A DNA stretch of 34,436 nucleotides, taken from contig JAOZPD010000004.1 in assembly GCA_029932935.1 (NCBI GenBank), forward strand, positions 1 to 34,436, given 5' to 3'. How positions within the stretch are numbered: the stretch's first letter is position 1; every line of letters starts with the position of its first letter. A program made the translations under genes and the position numbers. This document shows, one piece after another, positions 5,538 to 15,121 of the stretch. Under the pieces are notes generated by a model. It saw only the letters and a list, made by a program, of their open reading frames with translations. It was not told the DNA's origin and searched no databases. This stretch comes from Candidatus Omnitrophota bacterium (GTDB lineage: Bacteria > Omnitrophota > Gorgyraeia > Gygaellales > JAHJCI01).

Positions 5538-7241
5538 TCAGGCAGCGGTTACACGTAGAACCTCTTCCAGTGAAGTCTCTCCCTGCAAGGCAAGTGCAAG
5601 CGCATTTTCTCTTAATGTCTTCATACCTTCTCTGCAGGCCAACTGCTTAATCTGGAGTTCCTCTGCTCCAGATAAAATCAAATTTTTTATATCGGAAGAA
5701 AGTAATAATACCTCAGCGATTCCCAATCTTCCTGAATAACCCGTTTTAAAACAATACTTACACCCTAAGGGACGATAAAATGCGGAATGCGAAACCCCAG
5801 ATAAATCCAACCGCTTAATCATCTCTTTATTAAGCTCGTACCTTTCTTTACATTTAGGACATAATCTACGCACTAACCTCTGAGCAACCACACAAATAAG
5901 AGAAGAGGTAATCAAGTAAGGTTCCACCCCCATATTCACTAAGCGTACAATCGCACCACTTGAGGTAGTAGTATGCAAAGTAGAAAGTACCAAATGTCCT
6001 GTAAGTGCACTTTTAATGGCGATATCCACAGTCTCGAAATCGCGTATCTCGCCAATCATAATTACATTAGGATCCTGTCTCAGGATAGAGCGTAATGCTG
6101 AGGCAAAGGTAAGCCCAATATCGGGCTTTATGGTCACCTGATTTATACCTTCCAGCTGAAATTCCACCGGGTCTTCAACTGTAACGAGGTTCTTCTGCGG
6201 AGAATCTATAAATTTAAGAATAGAGTATAATGTAGTAGTTTTGCCGCTACCAGTGGGACCGCAGACCAATATCATTCCATGAGGAGCAGAGGCTGCCTTT
6301 TTTAATTTGGCTACACTTGAATCATCAAAACCTAATTTATCCACATCTAATGATGCTTGAGATTTATCCAGAATCCTTATCGCTGCCTTCTCCCCCTGAC
6401 TGGAGGGAAGTATCGAAACGCGAAAATCAACGAACCTATTCTGAATTCTTACCTTAAATCTACCATCCTGTGGCAATCTATGTTCTGCAATATCCAACTC
6501 AGATAACACCTTTATACGCGAAATAAGCAAAGGATGCATTGATTTAGGAGGAGCTTCTTGTTCGCGAAGAACACCGTCTATACGGAAGCGTATCCTCAAA
6601 CTTTCAGGCATCGGTTCAATAAGGATATCGGATGCCTTTTTCTTAATCGCCTCCTCTAAAATCATATTTGTCAATCGAATAGCCGGGCCCTGCCTACTGG
6701 CAAGACCCAGCTCCTGGTCACTCAGTGTATCCCTCTTCTTTTCCTGAATCAGTTCTATCTTGGACTCACTAATCTCATCGAGAAGCTCCTCTATTATACC
6801 GGTGGTTGTATCCGGATAAAACTGATCAATTGCCTGGATAATCTGATCGGTAGTTGATATAATGGGATTTATCTGAAAACCGGTTAGATTGCGTAAAGCA
6901 TCTATGGCAAAGATATTCAATGGATCTGCCATAGCAATGGTGAGTGTATCACCCATCTGTGAGATAGGAATTATTTGATAATGGTAACAAATCTTAGCTG
7001 GTATAATGCTTAATACATCTGCATCTATTTTAATTCTTTTAAGGTCTATAAGCGGTAGTCCTAATCCTTCGCTTAAGGCAAAGGCAAGGTCGTTTTCTTT
7101 AACGAAACCCAAATCTACAATTATCTTACTTAATCGACCACCCTTAGTCTTCTGGATTTCTAAAGCCTGAGCCAACTGCTGGCGAGTAATAAGCTTGTTA
7201 TCGATTAATATCTCTGTAAGTCTTTCTTTTAAAGAAGTCAT
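5538..7241 (-). CDS. pilB: PilB/GspE-type assembly ATPase, paralogue 1
   Basis: 567 aa. The N-terminal MshEN domain has two 24-residue motifs separated by exactly 5 residues (RLTEILIDNKLITRQQLAQALEIQ-KTKGG-RLSKIIVDLGFVKENDLAFALSEG). It also has Walker A GPTGSGKTT and tetracysteine CPKC..GCKYC. Confidence 0.92.
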   Translation of the reverse strand: MTSLKERLTEILIDNKLITRQQLAQALEIQKTKGGRLSKIIVDLGFVKENDLAFALSEGLGLPLIDLKRIKIDADVLSIIPAKICYHYQIIPISQMGDTLTIAMADPLNIFAIDALRNLTGFQINPIISTTDQIIQAIDQFYPDTTTGIIEELLDEISESKIELIQEKKRDTLSDQELGLASRQGPAIRLTNMILEEAIKKKASDILIEPMPESLRIRFRIDGVLREQEAPPKSMHPLLISRIKVLSELDIAEHRLPQDGRFKVRIQNRFVDFRVSILPSSQGEKAAIRILDKSQASLDVDKLGFDDSSVAKLKKAASAPHGMILVCGPTGSGKTTTLYSILKFIDSPQKNLVTVEDPVEFQLEGINQVTIKPDIGLTFASALRSILRQDPNVIMIGEIRDFETVDIAIKSALTGHLVLSTLHTTTSSGAIVRLVNMGVEPYLITSSLICVVAQRLVRRLCPKCKERYELNKEMIKRLDLSGVSHSAFYRPLGCKYCFKTGYSGRLGIAEVLLLSSDIKNLILSGAEELQIKQLACREGMKTLRENALALALQGETSLEEVLRVTAA

Positions 7242-7251
7242 ATTCTATTTA

Positions 7252-7695
7252 TTATTTATGGTAATATTTCTCAATTGCCCTACGGATATCTCCAGATGTA
7301 CTTACAAATATTTGGACCTTACAGCCAGTGAGTTTCTCAAGTTTCTCAATTGCCTCATTATCTAAGGGATTACTCATGGCAACACTCAAGCTTTTGCTTA
7401 ATCTATCGACAGGCATACATAAATATTGTTTAGCTATCTCACAAGGGACCATCTCGACAACCTCAGAATCAATCTCATAGCTATCCAAGGGTAAATAAGG
7501 AAATCCATACTGGGCGGTTAATGCTTGGGCAATATCTTCCTCTTTAGCAAATCCCATCTCAACCAGTATTTCTCCTATTAACCCACCCTGCTCTTCCTTG
7601 ATAGAAAGGGCCTTCTGGAACTGCTCCGGAGTAATTATCCGCCTTTCAATAAGAATCTCCCCCAACAACTTATTAACGATTTTTCTTAACGGCAT
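7252..7695 (-). CDS. Stand-alone MshEN / GspE N-terminal domain protein (no ATPase domain)
   Basis: The ORF track gives 7252..7749 with a GTG start. The internal ATG at 7695 (MPLRKIVNKLLGEILIERRIITPEQFQKALSIK-EEQGG-LIGEILVEMGFAKEEDIAQALTAQ..) is the more likely start. The whole protein aligns with the first ~145 aa of the two PilB paralogues and then stops. Confidence 0.8.
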   Translation of the reverse strand: MPLRKIVNKLLGEILIERRIITPEQFQKALSIKEEQGGLIGEILVEMGFAKEEDIAQALTAQYGFPYLPLDSYEIDSEVVEMVPCEIAKQYLCMPVDRLSKSLSVAMSNPLDNEAIEKLEKLTGCKVQIFVSTSGDIRRAIEKYYHK

Positions 7696-7960
7696 ATCTA
7701 TTATCTTCCATCCTTTCTCTATCAAAACTATACTTGTTATAACTACCACAGCGAGGACAAACAGAGATTTCTGTCCTATGGGTAGTAAAATAGGTATATG
7801 TACAAATACTGCAACACCAGATAAATCTTGGACTTAGACTTAAAAAACTACCAAAAGAATCCTCCTCTCTTAGAAAAATCCACAAACAAAACACTACACC
7901 CAGAAGAATCAATAGATATAAAGACAGGGCTATAGAAAAATCAATCTTTACCATATACAT
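7673..7960 (-). CDS. Small membrane-anchored zinc-ribbon protein (hypothetical)
   Basis: 95 aa. It has one N-terminal TM helix (FSIALSLYLLILLGVVFCLWIF), then CSIC-x14-CPRC. The start codon overlaps the upstream stop as TAATG (7962..7958). The 3' end overlaps the next gene by 23 nt. Confidence 0.55.
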   Translation of the reverse strand: MYMVKIDFSIALSLYLLILLGVVFCLWIFLREEDSFGSFLSLSPRFIWCCSICTYTYFTTHRTEISVCPRCGSYNKYSFDRERMEDNRYAVKKNR

Positions 7961-8622
7961 TATGGGGTCAAATCAATCTTTACAACTCGCGAAGAGCCGC
8001 TGGTGAAATTTGCCTTACAAAGATTAAGGAAATGAGTCAGATTCCTCATAATCAAAAGGTCCACCTCAGGATTCCCGGATGAAATCTTTCTCTTGATTAC
8101 GTCAATCCTTCCCTTGGGAGAAATACAGAAAGCCACCTCCATATGAGCAGTTTGACGATCCTTAAAATATAAAAGAAAATGATACGGCATCGATGGATAA
8201 AACATTATACTCGACTCACCCTTTTTTAGCTTGAGTGTAGGTGAAGGCTCAAGGTATAAGATCTTATCATCCCTTAGATTAGGTAAGGAGGGTTTATTAA
8301 ACTCAGACTTAGAAAGATGAATCAAATATGGCTGTGGCACTTGAGTTAACCCCTGTGCTTTACTCAATGTACCAAGCGCATTGGTCCTGCATAGAAATAC
8401 AACTCTCGATGTCCCTGATGCAAAATTACTTCTTTTAATCGAATCTCGGGTATAATCTGATTTTGTAAATATGGGCCCCAGGAAGAAGACATTATAAAAA
8501 TTATAACTGTCTTCTGCATCTATTCTCTTGCCAAAGGTAAGTTTTACACTACTAAAACAAAATATATGACAAAATAAAGAGATAAATATAGTGAATTTTA
8601 AACCTGTTTTAGCAAACCGCAA
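7960..8622 (-). CDS. TonB/TolA-like energy-transducer candidate (N-terminal anchor, TonB_C-like C-terminus, no Pro-rich linker)
   Basis: 220 aa. TTG start at 8622, preceded by GGAG 6 nt upstream. N-terminal hydrophobic anchor LKFTIFISLFCHIFCF. The C-terminal MEVAFCISPKGRIDVIKRKISSGNPEVDLLIMRNL resembles the TonB C-domain pattern (v.f.I...G.v.....SSG...lD). It sits directly after ExbB-ExbD. Confidence 0.55.
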   Translation of the reverse strand: MRFAKTGLKFTIFISLFCHIFCFSSVKLTFGKRIDAEDSYNFYNVFFLGPIFTKSDYTRDSIKRSNFASGTSRVVFLCRTNALGTLSKAQGLTQVPQPYLIHLSKSEFNKPSLPNLRDDKILYLEPSPTLKLKKGESSIMFYPSMPYHFLLYFKDRQTAHMEVAFCISPKGRIDVIKRKISSGNPEVDLLIMRNLTHFLNLCKANFTSGSSRVVKIDLTP

Positions 8623-8624
8623 AA

Positions 8625-9026
8625 TTACTCCTGATATGTAGCGATATTCACTTGAGATAACCCAAACTCTCTAGCCATATCCCAAATCTCAACCACTCTA
8701 CCTAATTGTGCCCGGCGGTCAGCCTTAATCAACAATGGTTGACTGCGAGCAGCCAACCTTTCAAAAATAGACTTCAGCTCTCGAATATTTACTACCCTAC
8801 CATCAAGATATATAACATTCTCTCCAGAAACTACTATTTCTACCGTTCTTGTTCTAACCATCTGACTGGTAACTGCCTTAGGTAGATTGACCCTAACCGC
8901 TGAGGGCACAATGAAGCTGGATGTGAGCATAAAGAATATCAATAATTGGAAGATTACATCTACCAATGGAGCAATATCAATTTGCCTTAATCCATGCTCT
9001 AATTCTATATGGCGTTTAAACCGCAT
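8625..9026 (-). CDS. ExbD/TolR family biopolymer transport protein
   Basis: 133 aa. The motif ..IDIAPLVDVIFQLLIFFMLTSSF.. with the conserved TM Asp (VD) matches the typical ExbD/TolR architecture. Confidence 0.9.
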   Translation of the reverse strand: MRFKRHIELEHGLRQIDIAPLVDVIFQLLIFFMLTSSFIVPSAVRVNLPKAVTSQMVRTRTVEIVVSGENVIYLDGRVVNIRELKSIFERLAARSQPLLIKADRRAQLGRVVEIWDMAREFGLSQVNIATYQE

Positions 9027-9031
9027 ATATA

Positions 9032-9643
9032 TTACTCAGTCAAGAAATTAACTAATTCAGTAGAAACCCGTTCCATCTCCAATATAAAACTGTTTATCCG
9101 ACTAACCAGATAATTATAAACTACAAATGCTGGTATAGCAACAACTAATCCAGCTACGGTGGTCAACAACGCCTCCCATATGCCACCAGCCAAATCCCCC
9201 GGAGAAACTACCTGTAATGCAGTAGATTTCGTCTGGATTATTTGAAAGCAGCGCACCATCCCTACTACTGTCCCCAATAATCCCAATAGAGGCGAGATAT
9301 GGGCAATTGTAGCTAAAGCAGTCATATTTCTTTCCAGATGAGGTTCCTCATATAACACAGCATCCTCAATAGCCTCTTTAATCTGCTGACGCCCCCGATC
9401 ATACTTGAGGATTCCCGCCTTTAGAATCCTGGAGATGGGGTTCTGTTTTTTTTCGCAAATCTCCAAGGCCTCCTTTATTTGATGTCGTTTCATTCTCTCT
9501 AATATCCGATTTAAGAATTGATGCGTATCTATCTGTATTCTCCATAGATACCAAATGCGTTCAATAATTATAGCCAGGGCCAATATAGAACAGAACAATA
9601 TCGGCCACATCAACGGACCACCCTTTAAAAATATCTGCCACAT
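9032..9643 (-). CDS. MotA/TolQ/ExbB family proton channel
   Basis: The ORF track starts at GTG 9649. ATG 9643 (MWQIFLKGGPLMWPIL..) has AAAGGAG 8 nt upstream. Three TM segments, and the conserved C-terminal ..GGIWEALLTTVAGLVVAIPA.. motif. Confidence 0.9.
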   Translation of the reverse strand: MWQIFLKGGPLMWPILFCSILALAIIIERIWYLWRIQIDTHQFLNRILERMKRHQIKEALEICEKKQNPISRILKAGILKYDRGRQQIKEAIEDAVLYEEPHLERNMTALATIAHISPLLGLLGTVVGMVRCFQIIQTKSTALQVVSPGDLAGGIWEALLTTVAGLVVAIPAFVVYNYLVSRINSFILEMERVSTELVNFLTE

Positions 9644-9743
9644 ATCCACAACTCCTTTGTCGTTCTTTGTTGTTTCTTATTCTACAATAAACAATTCTGT
9701 TGCGAAATATCAACTATTATATTTTAAAATCTCACCCACCTTC

Positions 9744-12260
9744 TCAGTTTGATTTATGCGGCAGGATAATCCCCTGCGAATCGATCCACTCCAATCTCTC
9801 TCTTGCATATTTGGATTCCGCCACATTCATCGAGGCAACCTTCAGATAGATGTCTCTTGCCTTAAGAAAATCCTCGTGATTCTCATAAATCTGAGCACCG
9901 CTCAAATAGGCCTTAACAACCAACCTGGAATCTGCTGGATACAGATAAGGTATCTTAAGATACTCCTCAATGGCCTGTAAATAATCTCCCTTTTGTTCAT
10001 ATGCACGGGCAATCTTAAACTGTAATTTAGATGCTTCTCTCATAGAAGCCAGTGACAATGCCTTATGATAGAACTGAATAGCTTGTTCAAAATCTCCCCT
10101 TTTTTCGTAAACGCGTGATATCTTTGGATAAATCAAACTGGCTAATGTTGGTGTTTTTTCTATTGCCTCCTGATAAACACGCTCGGCATCATCCAGCTTA
10201 TCCTGATCAACCAAAATATCAGCAATCGCAATACTGGCCTGCGATACTAAATCCCGAGAGCCCACCTTCATCGCCTCTTTAAAATTAGCAATTGCTGACT
10301 CCAATTTACCCTCCTCTTGGTCAAGGATACCCAAGGCATAATATCCATCGGCTATCAGACTGCTTTTAGGAAAGTCGGTTATGAGAGTAGAAAAATAGCG
10401 CCTGGAAAGCTTAAGCTCTCCTTTGCGGAAATAATATCCCCCTAACCACCACGTTACCTCTGGGCTTAGAGTGGAATCGGGATATTTAGCCCGTAAAACC
10501 TTAAATCCCTGTAAGGCCTCTTTCTCCTTGCCCATTTGATACAAACAATCAGCAATTTCATACTCGGCCTTCTGAACTATCTTTATATCCTCGGCCTTGC
10601 GTATCACCTGCCTAAAAACGCCTATTGCTTCTGAGAATTTACCCAGATTATATAAACTTGTTGCCAATAGATACAAGGCGTCAACCTCCAATTCTTTATT
10701 TTTTAAATCTGGCGCATATTTCTCCAGAATATCAACACATCCTGAATAGTCCTGTCGCTGAAATAATCCCAATGCTAAGCTATAGATGGTTTCCGTCTTG
10801 AGTTTTGAATTAGGAAAATTAAGCAATAATGTTCTAAAACAAAGAATTGCCTCATCATATTTAGAGGAACGCAGACAGGCAAGCCCTAATTGATACTGCA
10901 CATAGTCTAAATAGAAACTATCTGGGTAATCCTTGAGTATCTGATCATAAACCTGAATCGCCTTATCATACTCTTCGGCATCCTGATAGGTATCTCCTAT
11001 CTGACACAAAGCAGCCACTTTGATAATCTCATCTGAAGCAAATGAGGCCGCTTTTTGAAATTCAGCAATTGCCTCTTTAAATTGACCGTTCTTCAAGAAT
11101 GCCCAAGCTAACCCATAATATAATTTATCCAATAAATGAGATGGTAATCCCTCTGTTATCTCCTTTGCCTCATGATAAACAGCGATGGCTTCCAGATATT
11201 TACCTGAGTTGTAGAATGCCTCGGCAAGCCCAAGATAGGCCTGCATCTTCTCCTGAGCGCCAGAGGCAATCTTACATAGCTCTGACCAGGCATCCGCCGC
11301 TGAGGAAAAATCCTCTATCTCGGTAAATAAATTAGCCTTAGCCAGAAGTAAAGCCTCTCGCTCTTTATTGGTTAAATCATAAGGATTTATAAGTTCTAAC
11401 AACTCCTGGGCCTTAGCATATTTCTTCAATCTAAGATAACACCAGGCAAGACCAAGACGAGAGAGAGCCACTATGTTTGATTCTGTAGCGTTATCCAGGG
11501 CTATCCGATATTGCTTAATTGCCTCCTGATAATCATTTAGATAAAAATGACATTCACCTAATAAGAAATTAATAGAGCCCGCATAGGCATTGTCTTTAGC
11601 GTATTTCTTTTGGAAGGCATTAATCTCTTTCTTTAGTTCTTCATAATTCTTCAAATGATATAAACATTCTAGAATTTTAAATTGGGCATCTTGTGTTAGG
11701 CGCTGAAGAGGAAAATTATTAACTATCTTATTGAAATCCTCCACTGCCTTATTATATTCTCCTAATTCAAATAAACACCAGCCACGTGAATAAAGAGCGT
11801 GAGCAAGAAGTTTAGACTGAGGAAACTCCTCAATAATTCTCTCATAAAAAGAAAGGGCTCTCTTAAAATCCTTTCCACGAAAATGCACCTCTCCTATCCA
11901 ATAAAGAACCCTGTCTTTTAAATCTGAGATTTTGGGATCAGACAACAATCGCTCTAATTCGGCAAGGGCTACAATGAACTTCTTCTGCTGAAAGTAGCAT
12001 TGAGCAATGTAGAGGTTTGCCTCAGCTACCTTCTCACTCTGAGGAAAATTCTTTAAGAAGCGCTCAAAAAGACTCTCGGCAACTTCATAGAAGCCATCCT
12101 CATAAGCCTTCTTTGCTACATAGAGAGCCTCCTCTTCGGGGGTAACGGTATCAACAGATGGTTGCTCTGCCGCCAGTAAGGATTGCTCATCTGTTGGAAT
12201 ACAAACAAAAGAAAGCAATATAAGAAATATAATAATCAGCCATTTCATACTAACAGTCAT
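9744..12260 (-). CDS. Secreted/periplasmic tetratricopeptide-repeat protein (YbgF/CpoB-like TPR units, >15 repeats)
   Basis: 838 aa. Signal peptide MKWLIIIFLILLSFVC, so the alternative start at 12248 is likely. The rest shows a continuous 34-residue TPR periodicity (..A.Y.lg.cy...g.y.eAi..f..). Confidence 0.85.
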   Translation of the reverse strand: MTVSMKWLIIIFLILLSFVCIPTDEQSLLAAEQPSVDTVTPEEEALYVAKKAYEDGFYEVAESLFERFLKNFPQSEKVAEANLYIAQCYFQQKKFIVALAELERLLSDPKISDLKDRVLYWIGEVHFRGKDFKRALSFYERIIEEFPQSKLLAHALYSRGWCLFELGEYNKAVEDFNKIVNNFPLQRLTQDAQFKILECLYHLKNYEELKKEINAFQKKYAKDNAYAGSINFLLGECHFYLNDYQEAIKQYRIALDNATESNIVALSRLGLAWCYLRLKKYAKAQELLELINPYDLTNKEREALLLAKANLFTEIEDFSSAADAWSELCKIASGAQEKMQAYLGLAEAFYNSGKYLEAIAVYHEAKEITEGLPSHLLDKLYYGLAWAFLKNGQFKEAIAEFQKAASFASDEIIKVAALCQIGDTYQDAEEYDKAIQVYDQILKDYPDSFYLDYVQYQLGLACLRSSKYDEAILCFRTLLLNFPNSKLKTETIYSLALGLFQRQDYSGCVDILEKYAPDLKNKELEVDALYLLATSLYNLGKFSEAIGVFRQVIRKAEDIKIVQKAEYEIADCLYQMGKEKEALQGFKVLRAKYPDSTLSPEVTWWLGGYYFRKGELKLSRRYFSTLITDFPKSSLIADGYYALGILDQEEGKLESAIANFKEAMKVGSRDLVSQASIAIADILVDQDKLDDAERVYQEAIEKTPTLASLIYPKISRVYEKRGDFEQAIQFYHKALSLASMREASKLQFKIARAYEQKGDYLQAIEEYLKIPYLYPADSRLVVKAYLSGAQIYENHEDFLKARDIYLKVASMNVAESKYARERLEWIDSQGIILPHKSN

Positions 12261-12293
12261 TTTAACATTATTGATTCATCATTTCAATTCCTT

Positions 12294-15113
12294 TTACCTG
12301 TGCCGCAGAGATATTCTTAGAAATTGAGCCGTATAGGACTGCTTTGACTTAATTATATCCTCCGGACTTCCACAAGCAACAATCCTTCCGCCTGCATCTC
12401 CTCCCTCAGGTCCCAGGTCTATAATATAATCGGCACATTTAATAACCTCCAAATTATGCTCAATAACGATTACAGTATTACCTTTGTCTACCAATCTCTG
12501 TAATACCGATAACAATTTTTCCACATCTGCAAAATGGAGCCCTGTGGTTGGTTCGTCCAATATGTATAGTGTGCGACCGGTGGAGCGTTTGCCCAATTCA
12601 GAAGATAATTTCACGCGCTGCGCCTCGCCTCCGGAAAGCGTAGTAGCAGATTGCCCTAATTGAATATAGCCTAAACCTACACCATATAGACAGTCTAATA
12701 TATTCTTTATTCTGGGTATATCATAAAACAGATTGATTGCCTCCTCTACAGTCATCTCTAAAACATCTGCAATGGATTTACCCTTGTATTTAATCTCTAA
12801 AGTCTGTTCGTTAAACCTGCGCCCTTTACAGATGTCACAGGATACATAGACATCCGGTAGGAAATGCATCTCAATCCTTTTAATACCGTCTCCCTGACAG
12901 GCTTCGCATCTACCACCTTTAACGTTGAAGGAAAACCTGCCGGGCTTAAACCCACGCATTCTTGCCTGAGGGAGCCGACTAAAGATATCACGAATATAAC
13001 TGAAGACACCTGTATATGTCGCAGGGTTAGAACGTGGCGTTCGCCCAATTGGCGATTGATCTACTACAACAACCTTATCAATAAATTCAGTGCCAACTAT
13101 TCTTTTATGCGCACCTGGTTTTAGACGGCTTTTATATAACCTCTGTGCCAACCCGCGATAGAGGATCTCATCAACAAGAGTGGACTTTCCTGAACCAGAA
13201 ACACCAGTCACACAGATAAATACACCCAAGGGAAAACGTACATCTATTCCCTTCAAATTATGCTCGCTGGCACCCTTAACCTCTAAGAAATGCCTGTTCT
13301 GCCAAGCCCTTCTATTAGGAGGTGGTTCTATTCTGAGTTCTCGGCGTAGATATTTAGCAGTTAAAGAATCTGATTGTTGCAACAGACCACTTAAACTACC
13401 AGAGAATATTACTCTACCACCATGCCGACCGGCACCTGGACCTAAATCGACAATAAAATCAGCTGCTTTTATAGTCGCTTCATCATGTTCAACTACAATC
13501 AAAGTATTGCCCAGGTCTCTCAATGCCTCTAATGTATTCAATAGTCGCCGGTTGTCTCTCTGGTGCAATCCAATACTTGGTTCATCTAAAGCATAAAGTA
13601 CACCAACCAATCCAGACCCAACCTGAGTAGCCAATCTTATCCTCTGGGCCTCACCTCCAGAAAGGGTAGAGCTTCTTCTGTCTAAAGTAAGGTAATCCAG
13701 TCCAACATTTATACAAAAATTAAGCCTGTTTATTATCTCTTTCAAGATCTGACCGGCAATTAGCTTTTGTCTGGCAGTCAACTCTAAGTTTTCAAAAAAT
13801 ATCTTTGCTTTCCCGATGGTCAATTGAGTTACCTCATAGATATTACGTCCATCTAATAACACTGCCCTTGCCTCTTTCTTCAATCGCATACCCCCACAGT
13901 CAGAACAGGGAAGCGCGGACATAAACCGAGTAATTTCTTCCTTTAGATAGTTACTGTCAGTCTGATGGAATAATCTCTCCAGATGAGGAATAACCCCCTC
14001 AAAAGGCTTTCCCCAGACTAAAACATCCGGGGCTCCATAAAGTATACTCTTTTGCTGGCTGGATTTTAATTTACCAAAAGGGATATCTAGATCAATATCT
14101 GTCTGTTCGGCAAACTCTCGTATCAGGCTGCGGTAATAAAGAATATATCCCCGTCCACCCCTCCTCCATGGTTCAATTGCACCTTCATTTATAGACTTAT
14201 CCTTGTCGGGAATTACTAAATCTGGATCAAATTCTAATCTTGTACCTAAACCGTTACAGGTAGGGCAGGCACCGTAAGGAGAATTGAAAGAGAAGATTCT
14301 CGGCTCAACCTCACTATAACTTATTCCGCACTCAACACAAGCATATTGTTCACTAAAAATCATATCTGAGCTGCCCTGGGGATAATGCCTATTATCTGTA
14401 AGAGAGATTACTACTGTACCCTTACCTATCTTCAGTGCCGTCTCTACAGAATCGGCCAGACGACTCTTTATCTCTGGTTTTATCGTTAATCTATCTACAA
14501 TCACATCGATATTATGGATTTTATATCTCTCTAATCTAATCTCATCCCCGACTTCGTATATTTTTCCATCCGCACGGAATCGAACAAATCCTGCCTTCTG
14601 AATCTGCCTTCCAATATCACGATACTGTCCTTTTTTGCCACGTATTAAAGGGGCTAATATTGTAATCTGTGTATCCCTGGGCAGATCCAATAATCTATTT
14701 ACTATCTCCTGAGAGGTCTGGCGTCTTATTGGGCGACCACATCTGTAACAATGCACTACTCCTATACGAGCAAAAAGCAATCGAAGATAATCATAAATCT
14801 CTGTCTGCGTCCCTACTGTAGAACGAGGATTCCCTCCTGCAGTCCTCTGTTCAATAGCAATAACGGGAGATAAGCCCTGGATATACTCCACATCTGGCTT
14901 TTGAAGCTGTTCCAAGAACTGCCGGGCATAAGCAGAAAGGCTCTCCATATAACGACGTTGCCCCTCAGCATATATTGTGTCAAAAGCTAAACTAGATTTT
15001 CCAGAGCCGGAGAGGCCTGTAATAACAATGAGCTTATTGCGTGGCAGTTCAAGATTTATATTTTTAAGATTATGTTCGCGTGCACCCCGAATAACTATCT
15101 TGTCGTTCAGCAT
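12294..15113 (-). CDS. uvrA: Excinuclease ABC subunit A
   Basis: 939 aa. [13 protein letters not shown]-terminus, two ABC ATPase modules ([25 protein letters not shown]), LSGGEAQR signature twice, and zinc-finger Cys clusters. Confidence 0.98.
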   Translation of the reverse strand: MLNDKIVIRGAREHNLKNINLELPRNKLIVITGLSGSGKSSLAFDTIYAEGQRRYMESLSAYARQFLEQLQKPDVEYIQGLSPVIAIEQRTAGGNPRSTVGTQTEIYDYLRLLFARIGVVHCYRCGRPIRRQTSQEIVNRLLDLPRDTQITILAPLIRGKKGQYRDIGRQIQKAGFVRFRADGKIYEVGDEIRLERYKIHNIDVIVDRLTIKPEIKSRLADSVETALKIGKGTVVISLTDNRHYPQGSSDMIFSEQYACVECGISYSEVEPRIFSFNSPYGACPTCNGLGTRLEFDPDLVIPDKDKSINEGAIEPWRRGGRGYILYYRSLIREFAEQTDIDLDIPFGKLKSSQQKSILYGAPDVLVWGKPFEGVIPHLERLFHQTDSNYLKEEITRFMSALPCSDCGGMRLKKEARAVLLDGRNIYEVTQLTIGKAKIFFENLELTARQKLIAGQILKEIINRLNFCINVGLDYLTLDRRSSTLSGGEAQRIRLATQVGSGLVGVLYALDEPSIGLHQRDNRRLLNTLEALRDLGNTLIVVEHDEATIKAADFIVDLGPGAGRHGGRVIFSGSLSGLLQQSDSLTAKYLRRELRIEPPPNRRAWQNRHFLEVKGASEHNLKGIDVRFPLGVFICVTGVSGSGKSTLVDEILYRGLAQRLYKSRLKPGAHKRIVGTEFIDKVVVVDQSPIGRTPRSNPATYTGVFSYIRDIFSRLPQARMRGFKPGRFSFNVKGGRCEACQGDGIKRIEMHFLPDVYVSCDICKGRRFNEQTLEIKYKGKSIADVLEMTVEEAINLFYDIPRIKNILDCLYGVGLGYIQLGQSATTLSGGEAQRVKLSSELGKRSTGRTLYILDEPTTGLHFADVEKLLSVLQRLVDKGNTVIVIEHNLEVIKCADYIIDLGPEGGDAGGRIVACGSPEDIIKSKQSYTAQFLRISLRHR

Positions 15114-15121
15114 AATTTTTT

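Noticed and set aside
12797-13048. An 83-aa minus-strand ORF inside uvrA in another frame, and a 70-aa minus-strand ORF at 31941..32153 antisense to rpmB.
   Set aside because: Both are fully embedded in well-supported genes (UvrA, L28) and have no motifs or start signals.
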